DNA of 64,000 nucleotides, from the sequence record LR756504.1. One strand, given 5' to 3'. The notes beneath the pieces are model-generated. The model worked only from the letters and a program-made list of their open reading frames with translations. It was not told where the DNA came from and did not search any database. This document shows, one piece after another, positions 31,166 to 41,303 of this stretch (the first letter of the stretch is position 1; the number at the start of each line of letters is the position of its first letter). The position numbers were made by a program, and so were the translations under genes.

Positions 31166-31738
31166 ATGGCATATTCATATACAGCAAAGAAAATAATACA
31201 AAAAAAACTTAAAGAGGTTTTGAGAAAGCATAGATTTATGTCTTTATATGATGGTGGAAAATATAAATTAAATCCTGCCAATATAGATCCTAAAATTTAT
31301 ACTTCAATTAAAGAATTATCAAGAAGATATGATATTATTATAGGTGGTAGTACTGTTCTTAAATTTTATAATCTTATTGATAGAAAAATTAAAGATATTG
31401 ATATTATAGTTTCATCGGAAATATTAGAAATTATATCACATGATTTTGAAGTAAGTGAATCGGATGATAATTATTCATGTAGTAAATTTATTTTTAATGG
31501 TATTACTGTTGATATATTTGTTGATGATGAAGAAAAAGATTATATTGATAAATATGATATGAAACTTGATACATTACAATCCATTATTAATGCTAAATTA
31601 GCATATGGTAGAGAAAAGGACTATAAAGATTTTGAATATATTATTAAATGTATTGATCCATCATATAATACTCTTAAAACATTAAGTATTTTTATAAGTC
31701 CATATACAGGACAAACTACATCAAGAATAAGATTTTAA
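31166..31738 (+). CDS. Minimal nucleotidyltransferase-like protein
   Basis: IIIGGS...KDIDIIV, VDIF, KLAYGREKDYKDF. Confidence 0.65.
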   Translation: MAYSYTAKKIIQKKLKEVLRKHRFMSLYDGGKYKLNPANIDPKIYTSIKELSRRYDIIIGGSTVLKFYNLIDRKIKDIDIIVSSEILEIISHDFEVSESDDNYSCSKFIFNGITVDIFVDDEEKDYIDKYDMKLDTLQSIINAKLAYGREKDYKDFEYIIKCIDPSYNTLKTLSIFISPYTGQTTSRIRF

Positions 31739-31808
31739 TTTTTTGAATAACATTAAACTATATTTTTATTCAGTCTATAATATAAACACTGAATAAAAAA
31801 TAAAGCTA

Positions 31809-33296
31809 ATGGTACTTGACTTTGAATACAAAGCTGGAAAGCTAATAATTTCTGAAATTAATGAACAAGGTAATGTGGTGTTCAATCATTATAATTGGAA
31901 AAATCCAAGGAAATTTGTTCCTACAACATTTGATGATAAAGATAAACATCCAAAATATCAAACGTGGGATAAAAAGGCTGTTAAATTAGTTCCAACAAAT
32001 AATCCGAATCGTTTTTCAATATATGAATTTGTAGATGCTCTCGAAAAAGAAGAACAAGATAGATTATTTGCGCCACAATATCCTAAAATGTTTTTTATAG
32101 ATATTGAGACCGAAATCCTTCCTACAGGATTTGTTGATCCTAAAGATGCTACAACCAGAGTACTAACAGTTGCAATTGTAAATGATGATAATGTATTGAT
32201 ATTAGGATTGAAACCTCTAACACAACAAGAGTTAGAGAAAGTAAAGGATGATATTGAAAACCATTTTAAAGATTTCAATTTAAAAATAAAATTGAAATAT
32301 AAATATTTTGGTGGATATGATAATCCAGAAAAGGAAATGATGAAATATTTATTTCATGATTTGATTCCAAAGATGCCTGTTATTACAGGATGGAATTTCG
32401 TAGATTACGACTGGACATTTTTAATTAATCGTTGTAGAAGATTGGGTATTGATCCATCGGTATCCAGTCCTACTAAAAGATTGGAGAAAGTATTTGGTAC
32501 ACCATATGAAGTTCCTGCTCATAGATTGGTAATTGACTATATGGAAATTTGGAAGAAGCCTTGGAATCAGTTCGTAAAAGTTAAAGAAAGTAATAGCTTA
32601 GATTGGGTAGGTAGACACTTATTCAAAAATATATCTAAACATCATTACGAAGGTTCTTTACAGGATATGTATGAAAACAATTTTGTAGAGTATGCTTTTT
32701 ATAATGCTGTTGATACTATACTTGTTAGAATGATTCACGAAAAGACTAGATTGTTGGATATTATAATTTCAATGGCCAATCTTTCTAAAATTAGATTATG
32801 TGATTTTGCATATAAAAATCTTAATGCAACTTTGGTTTCCACTGAAGGATTTTTAAGAGGTAAATTTAGAGAAGAAAAGAACATAGTTCTTTGTAAAGAT
32901 TTTGAAGATGATGCTGCTGAAACTATTGCAGGGGGTTATGTAAAAAGCCCAGAAAAAGGACTACAAGAGTGGATAGCAACATATGACTTTGCTTCACTAT
33001 ATCCGCGAACTCAGATGGAGTTGAATATTGCGCCTGAAACATTTAGAGGATTTCAATTAAAAGATGATTTGGGTTATGCTGAATTTGATGGTGTAATTAA
33101 TAAAATTGAAGAAACTGATATTGTTTGTGTTAATGGTGCGGTATTTAGTAATGAGAAATCTGTTACTGTAGGGTTTTTGGAAGATGTGTATGCACAGAGA
33201 AAGCATTATAAGGGATTAATGGATAATGCGAAAAATGATTTAAAAGAGGTAGAAAAAGAGCTTAAGAAATTAGAAGATGAATTGAATAATTTGTAA
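31809..33296 (+). CDS. Family B DNA polymerase, N-terminal piece (3'-5' exonuclease plus motif A) of a split enzyme
   Basis: DIETE, TGWNFVDYDW, YNAVDT and DFASLYP are present; the ORF stops after RKHYK plus a coiled helix, lacking KxxxNSxYG and DTDS. Confidence 0.88.
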   Translation: MVLDFEYKAGKLIISEINEQGNVVFNHYNWKNPRKFVPTTFDDKDKHPKYQTWDKKAVKLVPTNNPNRFSIYEFVDALEKEEQDRLFAPQYPKMFFIDIETEILPTGFVDPKDATTRVLTVAIVNDDNVLILGLKPLTQQELEKVKDDIENHFKDFNLKIKLKYKYFGGYDNPEKEMMKYLFHDLIPKMPVITGWNFVDYDWTFLINRCRRLGIDPSVSSPTKRLEKVFGTPYEVPAHRLVIDYMEIWKKPWNQFVKVKESNSLDWVGRHLFKNISKHHYEGSLQDMYENNFVEYAFYNAVDTILVRMIHEKTRLLDIIISMANLSKIRLCDFAYKNLNATLVSTEGFLRGKFREEKNIVLCKDFEDDAAETIAGGYVKSPEKGLQEWIATYDFASLYPRTQMELNIAPETFRGFQLKDDLGYAEFDGVINKIEETDIVCVNGAVFSNEKSVTVGFLEDVYAQRKHYKGLMDNAKNDLKEVEKELKKLEDELNNL

Positions 33297-33301
33297 TAAA
33301 G

Positions 33302-33323
33302 AACGGGGTTTTAAACCCCGTTT
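33302..33323 (+). terminator. Intrinsic terminator
   Basis: AACGGGGTTTTAAACCCCGTTT hairpin followed by a T-run. Confidence 0.75.
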
Positions 33324-33328
33324 ATTTT

Positions 33329-33337
33329 TTATATATA
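33329..33337 (+). promoter_or_regulatory. Putative late promoter TTATATATA
   Basis: ~20 nt before the leader-bearing gene 33358. Confidence 0.5.
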
Positions 33338-33357
33338 CACCAAAAGAAATTAATAAA

Positions 33358-33708
33358 ATGAAATTTTTAAAGAAATTTAACTCTTTCGTTAATGAAAGCA
33401 AAACCTTTACTGCTGGTTTATACCCACACTTTGAAACAGATGATATAATTTATATTGAAAAAGTTCACGAAAATGGCGATGTAGAAGCTTTTGAATTGTT
33501 AGCTACTTTGGATGATATAGTAAAATGGTTTGTAGATAAACACGGTAGAGATACTTTTGAAGATCAATTTAATCCAGAAGAAGGACATACCACCAAAGAT
33601 TGGGATATGTCAGATGAAGAAATTGAAGAGGTTGTTAAAAATAATGATCAATATCTTAAAGAATTCTGTGAAGATAAAATAGCTGAGTGGGTAAAAGTTT
33701 CTGAGTAA
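33358..33708 (+). CDS. Acidic hypothetical protein with capsid-targeting-like leader
   Basis: MKFLKKFNSFVNES. Confidence 0.7.
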   Translation: MKFLKKFNSFVNESKTFTAGLYPHFETDDIIYIEKVHENGDVEAFELLATLDDIVKWFVDKHGRDTFEDQFNPEEGHTTKDWDMSDEEIEEVVKNNDQYLKEFCEDKIAEWVKVSE

Positions 33709-33711
33709 TTT

Positions 33712-35964
33712 ATGATTGATAAATTGTTAAATGTTCTTATCGGATTATTACAAGAAAAAGAGTTGATATTAAGTCCTACATTATTTTCTAAATTAGAATT
33801 GATGAATGATAAAGTTGCAGATTTTATTTTAAAATGTGCTTCAGAAAATGAAGATACTGATATGTCATATTTTGATATAACTAAAGATGATGGTATGGTA
33901 TCATTTTTAAAAAATAGATGGGATGAAGAAGTCACAGATAAATTTAATTCCAATAGAAGAGAAAAAATGAAAATTAGCCGCCTTGTAATGGTACTATCAT
34001 CTAAGATGAATGTTCAATTTACGAACACTGAAATAGAACATTTCATCAACAAATATAAAGCATCACAAAAAGTAAGAGAAGATGAAGAAACCATAAAGCT
34101 TGTGAAAGGACAAGATATAGTATTCTATTATAATGAAGATAATTATCAACCAGGTGGTGGTGAATATTGTTCTTTATATAGATCGTGTATGAGATATGAT
34201 GATTGTTCAAATTTTTTTAAAGTTTATACTGATAATTCTAATGCTTCATTGTGTGTTTTATTATCAAATGATAAGAAAGTTGAAGCAAGAGCTATTGTGT
34301 GGAATAACATAGTAGTCAATGGTAAAATTGGCANNNNNNNNNNNNNNNNNNNNNNCATAAATGATGGTGCTGAACAAGCAATGAAAAATTATGCGGAAGA
34401 AAAAGGTTGGTGGTTTAGAGTAAAGCAAAGTAATGATTATAATGAAATATTTAATGGTGTGGAATCTCTCTATGATCCTAAATTGAGAGTATTATTACCA
34501 ATTAATATAAGATGGGGTGGTAGTAATATTAGAAAACCTTATATGGATTCTATGAGATTTTTAAAATATACTATTCAAAATAATGAATTAGTATATTGTC
34601 TTGAAAATTATTCTAATAATAATGATTATATGGAAATGTGGGATAGTCAAATTGGTGGTTATAGTAATAATAATAGTAGATATATTAATCCGTACAAGGC
34701 TATATTAAAAATATCACAACTTTCTAATATATCGTTAGATAAAATAAAAAGAATAGATATTAAAGATGGTGTCGAAGAATATAGTGTTGGTGATGATGTA
34801 TATGTTAAAATTGATATTAGTAATGATTCTATAAGAAATATTATAGTGGGTGATCCCAGTTTAGTAGCTATAGCAGGTGAAGTTAAAGAATTTGTTAATG
34901 GAAGAACATTAGTAGTTGATTTACATAATGAAATATCAGAGTATGTTAAAGATAATACTGAAGAAGTATTTTATGAAACTATCAGTAAAAAAACAATTTC
35001 AGAATTAATAAGTTCGAGTGATATCATTAAAGTTAAAGTAGTATTAAAAAAATTAGTATCTGAATATTTCACATTTTTTAAAAAACATTTTAATCTTAAT
35101 GATTATGTTATTGTAACTAAAGAATTATCAAATTATATGGATAAACATAGTCTACCAAATGGTGCTAAAAAATTAGTTGGTAGAATTTATAAATTGATAG
35201 AAACAGATAGAGAACATATAGCAAATATAGAATTAAGAGATGTTAAATGGGTTAAAATTGTTGGTGATTATACTGATTATAAAAGCTTGATAATACCAGA
35301 AATTGCTTTAGAACCTATTAATATTATGACTTTAGATAATAAAAATTTAAAAAGTATTGATTATATAGTATCATTAATTGATAACGATAATATTAAACCA
35401 ATATTGTATAATTTGATATGTGAAGTACTTTTATCGAAATATATTAAAAACTCTATTGTTATAAAAACACCAGAAATAGGGGATAGAATTATTATAACAA
35501 GAGATAATAAAAATTTAAGAAGTGTTAACAATGGTTGTATTGGAATAATTAACGATACTGATAATGGTTATTTTGGTGTTGTATTTAATGAGCCTGTAAG
35601 AAATGGTAGCTCTTTACATAGTGTATGTGAGCAAGGTTGGGGTAAAATTATAGAACGTGATATATTTGAAGTGGTAAATAAAAATTTCAAAATGGAAGAA
35701 TTTACATTACTTATTAATCATAGTGACTCATTTTTAAAAGTTCTTTCAAACAATGTTACTGATTTTGACGTTAAAAGATTAATTAGTATTTTTGATATAT
35801 CTGATGATATTTTCTTCGAGAATGTAGATTTTACAGAGGTTGCATCTGCTATTTTATATGATGACAATAAGATGAAAGAGCTATTGAAAGAAATTTCAGA
35901 AGATAATATTTATTTTTATGATATAGAACATGGTGAAATTATTTATAAAAAACAAACATTTTAA
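33712..35964 (+). CDS. SCM/GRAIVW/DRIY family paralogue 3 (22-N gap over the DRIY motif)
   Basis: SLYRSCMR, ARAIVW, GWWFR, KPYMDSM; N-terminal extension ending LLQE; C-terminal SH3-like IGDRIII...FGVVF. Confidence 0.8.
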   Translation: MIDKLLNVLIGLLQEKELILSPTLFSKLELMNDKVADFILKCASENEDTDMSYFDITKDDGMVSFLKNRWDEEVTDKFNSNRREKMKISRLVMVLSSKMNVQFTNTEIEHFINKYKASQKVREDEETIKLVKGQDIVFYYNEDNYQPGGGEYCSLYRSCMRYDDCSNFFKVYTDNSNASLCVLLSNDKKVEARAIVWNNIVVNGKIGXXXXXXXXINDGAEQAMKNYAEEKGWWFRVKQSNDYNEIFNGVESLYDPKLRVLLPINIRWGGSNIRKPYMDSMRFLKYTIQNNELVYCLENYSNNNDYMEMWDSQIGGYSNNNSRYINPYKAILKISQLSNISLDKIKRIDIKDGVEEYSVGDDVYVKIDISNDSIRNIIVGDPSLVAIAGEVKEFVNGRTLVVDLHNEISEYVKDNTEEVFYETISKKTISELISSSDIIKVKVVLKKLVSEYFTFFKKHFNLNDYVIVTKELSNYMDKHSLPNGAKKLVGRIYKLIETDREHIANIELRDVKWVKIVGDYTDYKSLIIPEIALEPINIMTLDNKNLKSIDYIVSLIDNDNIKPILYNLICEVLLSKYIKNSIVIKTPEIGDRIIITRDNKNLRSVNNGCIGIINDTDNGYFGVVFNEPVRNGSSLHSVCEQGWGKIIERDIFEVVNKNFKMEEFTLLINHSDSFLKVLSNNVTDFDVKRLISIFDISDDIFFENVDFTEVASAILYDDNKMKELLKEISEDNIYFYDIEHGEIIYKKQTF

Positions 35965-36041
35965 AACTTTTTAGATAAATTTTCATACAATATTTGTAGA
36001 AACGATATAATATCGTTATATTTATATAAAGTGTATATATT

Positions 36042-36239
36042 ATGAGAAATTTAATGTTTTTAGTTATTGTATTGGTTTCAATACTAATGTCATGTGATTT
36101 AGAATCATTTGAATATGCGCAGATAAAAAGTATACCATCAGATACTATTAAGAAAAATCCAGTAAAATATAAACAATCCTCCAATAATGATTATTACAGA
36201 TATATAAAAAGTTTTCATAAAAAATGTCCATTAGCATAA
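36042..36239 (+). CDS. Small lipoprotein
   Basis: Hydrophobic signal ending LMSC. Confidence 0.6.
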   Translation: MRNLMFLVIVLVSILMSCDLESFEYAQIKSIPSDTIKKNPVKYKQSSNNDYYRYIKSFHKKCPLA

Positions 36240-36277
36240 AATTCAATACTTATATAAGATATACAATAACATAAAAC

Positions 36278-36841
36278 ATGAGAAAATTATACGATAAAAA
36301 CGACTTTATTCGAGTTGTTAGAGAATTAAAAAAAATAAGACGAGATTTTGATACAGTTAATCAACGATGTCAACAAGAACTTGGTAGATTGGGATTTTAT
36401 TATGTGGAGTTTATAAATCCATCATTTATGTCGGAAGTTAGTGAACATTCTATATCAGTTGTTAATTCTGATGAATATGGTACATTATTAATATATGGTA
36501 TGAATCCACAGACAGTAGTATTATCCACAAAGGTGAGATTATATTGCATTGGTGTTGATATACCTGAATTTCATAGGAAGAAAACTGATGATGAAATAAA
36601 AGAGCAAGTAGAAAAAGAAACTATGAAATCTAAAAGTTTTGATTTTGATGAAATGCCAAAGTCCCTTGGAATGGATGTAACAGCTAATAGAAAAACAAAA
36701 TCAAAAATTAGTTCTAAATCTATGATGGATACATATTTTGGCACAATTGTAAATGTTAGATATGATGATGAAAATCAAGCAGATGTAAATCAACAAGAAC
36801 AACCACCAGTGGAAGATGGTAGTGATTTAAATGATTTTTAA
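36278..36841 (+). CDS. Hypothetical protein
   Basis: 187-aa ORF with an acidic tail. Confidence 0.65.
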   Translation: MRKLYDKNDFIRVVRELKKIRRDFDTVNQRCQQELGRLGFYYVEFINPSFMSEVSEHSISVVNSDEYGTLLIYGMNPQTVVLSTKVRLYCIGVDIPEFHRKKTDDEIKEQVEKETMKSKSFDFDEMPKSLGMDVTANRKTKSKISSKSMMDTYFGTIVNVRYDDENQADVNQQEQPPVEDGSDLNDF

Positions 36842-36856
36842 AATAATTCATTTAAA

Positions 36857-36888
36857 TTTGTATTTTTAGTATATAATTACTATCTTTG
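36857..36888 (+). promoter_or_regulatory. Bacteroidota-type promoter
   Basis: TTTG - 20 nt - TATCTTTG (36881). Confidence 0.75.
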
Positions 36889-36904
36889 TGTAGTAATTAT
36901 ATAC

Positions 36905-38056
36905 ATGATAGAAAAATTTCATATACCATCTTACGAAGAAGCTGTTGATTTAGTTAATAGAACTGGCTCATTAACTTTCTACGAATCTGTTCAATATGTT
37001 GATGGATATAAAATTTCTATTTTCAATTATAGACTTGCTTCTTATAATGACTTCGTAGAAAATAACGCGTATGAAATGAGAGGTTTGGTATATGTATTCA
37101 ATTTAGATGGAACTTTTTATAAGTCTTTTAGATTATTGCATAAATTTTTCAATTTAAATCAAGTTGCCGAAACACAATTTGAATTGGTTAAAGATTTAAA
37201 AATTGATAATGTTACTAATAAAGAAGATGGTTCTGTTATAAGTTTCATACAGTTACCAAACGGTAAAATATTGGCTAAATCTAAAATGTCGGTATTAGAT
37301 AACACACAATCTTTGATGGCGCAAGAAATATATGATACTAATCCTAATATAAAAGCAGTAGTTGATTACACATTGATTAATAATTTAGTTGCCGTGTTTG
37401 AATTAGTATCACCATTTAATAGAGTCGTACTAAAATATGAACAAACTGAATTGATTTTAATACGATTGAGAGATAACACAAATGGCTTTTATTTACCTTT
37501 AAATACTTTAGGTGAATTATTAAATGATGTAAAAACACCAAAAGTAGAGGCATATACTACTTGGGATGAAATATTAGCATTTGTTGATGTATCAGAAGAT
37601 ATAGAGGGTGTCGTAATAGAATGTGGGGGTGATTTAGTAAAGTATAAAAGTAAATGGTATTGCGATAGACATCATCTATTAACTGATTATATACATAGAC
37701 CTGATTTTCTAATTGAAAAAGTATTAGATGAACAGATAGATGATGTATTAGGTCAAATAGATGAAAAGGATGTGGAAGTAAGAGCTTTAATAGATTCTGT
37801 CATAAAAAGAGTTAATGTTTTTTTAATGGAGACACTTAAAGACATAAATTCTAAAGTAGAAGAATTTGAAACATTTTATAAAAAGGATGTTAAGGCATTT
37901 TCTATAGCTAATAAAAAAACTAAATATTTTGGAATGTATATGGCAGTGATAAATAACCAAGAAGAGCCATTTAATATAGTTTCTCGATATTTGAAAAAGA
38001 AGACTTATTATTTAGGTAAAGCTAAAGAATTTGTTGAAACAGGTAAACTAAAATAA
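36905..38056 (+). CDS. T4 Rnl1-like RNA ligase
   Basis: EMRGLV, LHKFFNLN, KEDGS (adenylated Lys), FELVSP.N.VV, EGVV, KYKSKWY. Confidence 0.88.
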   Translation: MIEKFHIPSYEEAVDLVNRTGSLTFYESVQYVDGYKISIFNYRLASYNDFVENNAYEMRGLVYVFNLDGTFYKSFRLLHKFFNLNQVAETQFELVKDLKIDNVTNKEDGSVISFIQLPNGKILAKSKMSVLDNTQSLMAQEIYDTNPNIKAVVDYTLINNLVAVFELVSPFNRVVLKYEQTELILIRLRDNTNGFYLPLNTLGELLNDVKTPKVEAYTTWDEILAFVDVSEDIEGVVIECGGDLVKYKSKWYCDRHHLLTDYIHRPDFLIEKVLDEQIDDVLGQIDEKDVEVRALIDSVIKRVNVFLMETLKDINSKVEEFETFYKKDVKAFSIANKKTKYFGMYMAVINNQEEPFNIVSRYLKKKTYYLGKAKEFVETGKLK

Positions 38057-38062
38057 TCACAT

Positions 38063-38296
38063 ATGATATTTGTGTGTGATAAAAAAAGACATTTAGTGTG
38101 CTTACCTTATTCAATAGAAAATCTACATAAGATGGCTATATCACTTAATATAAACCCAGTTTGGTTTCATAAAACAGAGGGTTTAGAGCATTATGATATA
38201 CCATTAAAAAGAATGGATGATATTATGTCACAGTGTGTTATAGTAAGTTCAAAAGATATAGTAAAAATAATTAAAGGAGAAATCACGCATATTTGA
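38063..38296 (+). CDS. DUF4031-like small protein
   Basis: HL......LH..A..L.I...WFH....HYDI pattern. Confidence 0.55.
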   Translation: MIFVCDKKRHLVCLPYSIENLHKMAISLNINPVWFHKTEGLEHYDIPLKRMDDIMSQCVIVSSKDIVKIIKGEITHI

Positions 38297-38365
38297 AAAT
38301 AATTTTACAATTTTAAAACTTTCTAATTTTAAACCTTTATAATGAAAATCTAAATATAAAAAACT

Positions 38366-38920
38366 ATGAAAAAACTATTATTCTTATTAATGGTGACGTT
38401 GTTCGCTGTGGTAAATTCATTCGCAAATACTTTAGTAGATTCGACCGTTGCTACAAAATATAGCAAAAAGAAAATCGATTTGAAACACATTAAAAAAGCA
38501 GTTAAAGTTATTGATAAGACTTTCAATAAAGAGGTGTCTGGTAGTGATTTTGTTTTATTGGATGATGGTACATTAATAAATTTAGTTTTTAAAAAATATG
38601 TTGGTTCTAAAGAAGTTAAATCTAAAGTGTTAACAGGTAAGGTATCAATAGATTATATTATTGGTAATGATATTGTTAGAGAGACGTATTATATTAATAA
38701 AGATGGTATTGTAATAAAAGCTGTTTCTGAATCATACGAATATAAAAGTAAAGATAAATATGATTTAACAAGCACGGTGGAAGTATACTTTATTAATTAT
38801 AAAAATCCTATGTTTGTTCTTAATGGTGAAAAAATAACCACTACACAAGATGTTATTGATTCAATAATGGGTGAAATGAGAAGTAGTTTATATGGTATTA
38901 CTAAATACTTTAATAAATAA
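38366..38920 (+). CDS. Secreted hypothetical protein
   Basis: MKKLLFLLMVTLFAVVNSFA signal peptide. Confidence 0.7.
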   Translation: MKKLLFLLMVTLFAVVNSFANTLVDSTVATKYSKKKIDLKHIKKAVKVIDKTFNKEVSGSDFVLLDDGTLINLVFKKYVGSKEVKSKVLTGKVSIDYIIGNDIVRETYYINKDGIVIKAVSESYEYKSKDKYDLTSTVEVYFINYKNPMFVLNGEKITTTQDVIDSIMGEMRSSLYGITKYFNK

Positions 38921-38953
38921 TTAGTAATATTTTCAAAAAAAGTTAATTAATAT

Positions 38954-38985
38954 TTTGTTTTTTGTGAAAAAAAACATTAATTTTG
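38954..38985 (+). promoter_or_regulatory. Bacteroidota-type promoter
   Basis: TTTG - 20 nt - TAATTTTG (38978). Confidence 0.65.
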
Positions 38986-39020
38986 TTTAAATAATTATAA
39001 TAGAAAAAAACATAAAAATT

Positions 39021-40622
39021 ATGAGCAAACAAGACATGAATAAAAAGCATCTAAAGAAAGATTATTCTGATTTTTTGAAAGAAAGTCAAACACCAGCGGA
39101 TTTACCTGCTACAGAAAAAGATGCTCTAATAAAACTCGATCATGCACCAGCTGGTAAAGTTAGGGTGAGATTTGCACCATCGCCAACAGGTGGATTACAT
39201 ATTGGTGGATTGAGAACTGCTATTTATAATTATTTGTTTGCTAAAAAACATGGCGGTGATTTCCTTTTAAGGATTGAAGATACCGATAGAACCCGCTTTG
39301 TTGACACGGCAGAAGATTACATTAAGGATGCCTTGGCGTGGGTAGGTATTACACCAGATGAATCTCCTTGGGTTGGTGGACCACATGCACCATACAGACA
39401 ATCTGAAAGAGATTACAAGCCTTTCATTGAAGAACTTATTGCTAAAGGTGGTGCATATTATGCATTTGATAGTTCGGAAGAACTTACTGCTGCGCGTGGT
39501 GATAGGCAAGATTGGTCTTATAATAGACAAACGAGAATGAATATGAAAAATTCATTCACAATGTCAGAAGAAGAAGTTGAAGCTAAAATCAAAGAAGGTA
39601 ATTATGTTGTAAGATTTAATACACCTGAAAATAAAACTGTCAGTTTTACTGATATTGTTAGAGGTAATGTATCTTTTAACTCTAACCAAACAGATGATAA
39701 AGTACTTATTAAATCTGATGGTATTCCAACATACCATTTTGCTAATATTTGTGATGACCATAACATGGAAATCACCCATGTAATTAGAGGTGAAGAATGG
39801 TTACCGTCTACACCACTTCACATTATGTTGTATGATGCTTTTGGTTGGACACCTCCGAAATTTGCACATTTACCGCTATTACTTAATCCTGATGGAAAAG
39901 GTAAATTAAGTAAGAGAAAAGCAAATGAATATGGTATTCCAGTATTCCCTCTTGATTGGGAACAAACTGATGATAAGGGTGATAAAAATGTAAATATGGG
40001 TTTCAAAGGTAAAGGATATGAATCTGATGCTATTGTAAATTTCCTATGTTTACTTGGTTGGTCTCCTGGTGATAATAGAGAGATGTTGTCAATGGATGAA
40101 CTAGTGGATGCATTCTCACTTGAAGGAATTCAAAAGGCTGGTGCTAAATTTGATATTAAGAAAGCAGATTGGTTCAATCAACAGTACTTGAAAAAAGCTA
40201 AAACTGATGATGTATTTAAATCATCTGGAATTTCTGACGAAGAAAAAGATAAATACACACCTGAACAACTCGATAAAATTGCCGAGCTTGCAAAAGAACG
40301 TTCTGTATTTAGAACTGATTTTAAAGCGGTTGTTGATATTTTCTTCAGTGTGCCAGCAATTGATGCAACTAAAATAGAGCCAGAATTTAAAACAGTGTTC
40401 TCTAAATTTGTTGATGAATCTGAAGGTATTGAATGGAGAGGTGATGTTATTAAACAAAAAATATTTGACATCTGTAATGAAGTTGAAATTAAGATGGGTA
40501 AAGTAATGCCTTCTCTTAGAATGGCATTAACAGGTGGTATCCCTGGTCCAGATTTAATGACTACTTCTGAAATTCTTGGAAAAGAAGAAACTATTAGTAG
40601 ATTAAAAACAGCATTAGCATAA
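39021..40622 (+). CDS. gltX: Glutamyl-tRNA synthetase with N-terminal extension
   Basis: RVRFAPSPTGGLHIGG, LRIEDTD, YRQSER, PTYH, THVIRGEEW, KLSKR, LRMALTG. Confidence 0.96.
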   Translation: MSKQDMNKKHLKKDYSDFLKESQTPADLPATEKDALIKLDHAPAGKVRVRFAPSPTGGLHIGGLRTAIYNYLFAKKHGGDFLLRIEDTDRTRFVDTAEDYIKDALAWVGITPDESPWVGGPHAPYRQSERDYKPFIEELIAKGGAYYAFDSSEELTAARGDRQDWSYNRQTRMNMKNSFTMSEEEVEAKIKEGNYVVRFNTPENKTVSFTDIVRGNVSFNSNQTDDKVLIKSDGIPTYHFANICDDHNMEITHVIRGEEWLPSTPLHIMLYDAFGWTPPKFAHLPLLLNPDGKGKLSKRKANEYGIPVFPLDWEQTDDKGDKNVNMGFKGKGYESDAIVNFLCLLGWSPGDNREMLSMDELVDAFSLEGIQKAGAKFDIKKADWFNQQYLKKAKTDDVFKSSGISDEEKDKYTPEQLDKIAELAKERSVFRTDFKAVVDIFFSVPAIDATKIEPEFKTVFSKFVDESEGIEWRGDVIKQKIFDICNEVEIKMGKVMPSLRMALTGGIPGPDLMTTSEILGKEETISRLKTALA

Positions 40623-40656
40623 ATAAAAATGGGGAGTAAAGCTCCCCATTTTTATT
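40622..40656 (+). terminator. Intrinsic terminator
   Basis: AATAAAAATGGGGAG-TAAAG-CTCCCCATTTTTATT. Confidence 0.8.
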
Positions 40657-40685
40657 AAACTTTTTATAAATGAAAAATTTAAGTC

Positions 40686-41288
40686 ATGGGAGATAAAGAA
40701 ACTACAAAAGAAAATCCATTATTGTATGGTGAAGAAAAACTTGTAAATACTGTAACTGGTGCAGGTGATTATATTTCGGCATATACAGAAGAACGTATGT
40801 TTGATATTGAAGATGTTAAATTGAGAACTTTATTACCAGGTATGTTATATTCCTATGCTAAGAGAGTTGTTGATACTGACATATTAGAAAAAGAATTGGC
40901 AGAAGCAAATAACAAACACTTGAGATTATATGCAGATTTTGATAATTTTCGTAAAAGAACTGCAAAAGAAAAAACTGAAATATTAACAAATGCTGGGGAA
41001 AGTGTAATCAAATCAATTTTACCAACATTAGATAACTTCGAAAGAGCTATTTTAGTAACTGATGACGAAGGTGTTAAATTGGTTTATAATGGACTTGTAA
41101 AAGTATTAGAAGCCAAGGGTGTAAAGATTATGGATTGTATGGGAGCAGATTTTACACCAGAATTACATGAGGCAATTACACAAATACCAACGGAAGGTAT
41201 GAAAGGTAAAATAGTAGATATCTTAGAGAAAGGATATTTATTAAATGATAAAGTTATTCGCTACGCAAAAGTTGTAGTAGGTTCTTAA
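40686..41288 (+). CDS. grpE: GrpE nucleotide exchange factor
   Basis: LRLYADFDNFRKR, LPTLDNFERA, F.PELHEAI, KGYLLNDKVIRYAKVVV. Confidence 0.93.
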   Translation: MGDKETTKENPLLYGEEKLVNTVTGAGDYISAYTEERMFDIEDVKLRTLLPGMLYSYAKRVVDTDILEKELAEANNKHLRLYADFDNFRKRTAKEKTEILTNAGESVIKSILPTLDNFERAILVTDDEGVKLVYNGLVKVLEAKGVKIMDCMGADFTPELHEAITQIPTEGMKGKIVDILEKGYLLNDKVIRYAKVVVGS

Positions 41289-41303
41289 ATTTAAGAATAA
41301 AAA

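Noticed and set aside
33200-33360. Intein or group I intron splitting the polymerase
   Set aside because: No Cys/Ser-initiated intein block follows the break, a clean stop plus terminator is present, and the next ORF is unrelated.
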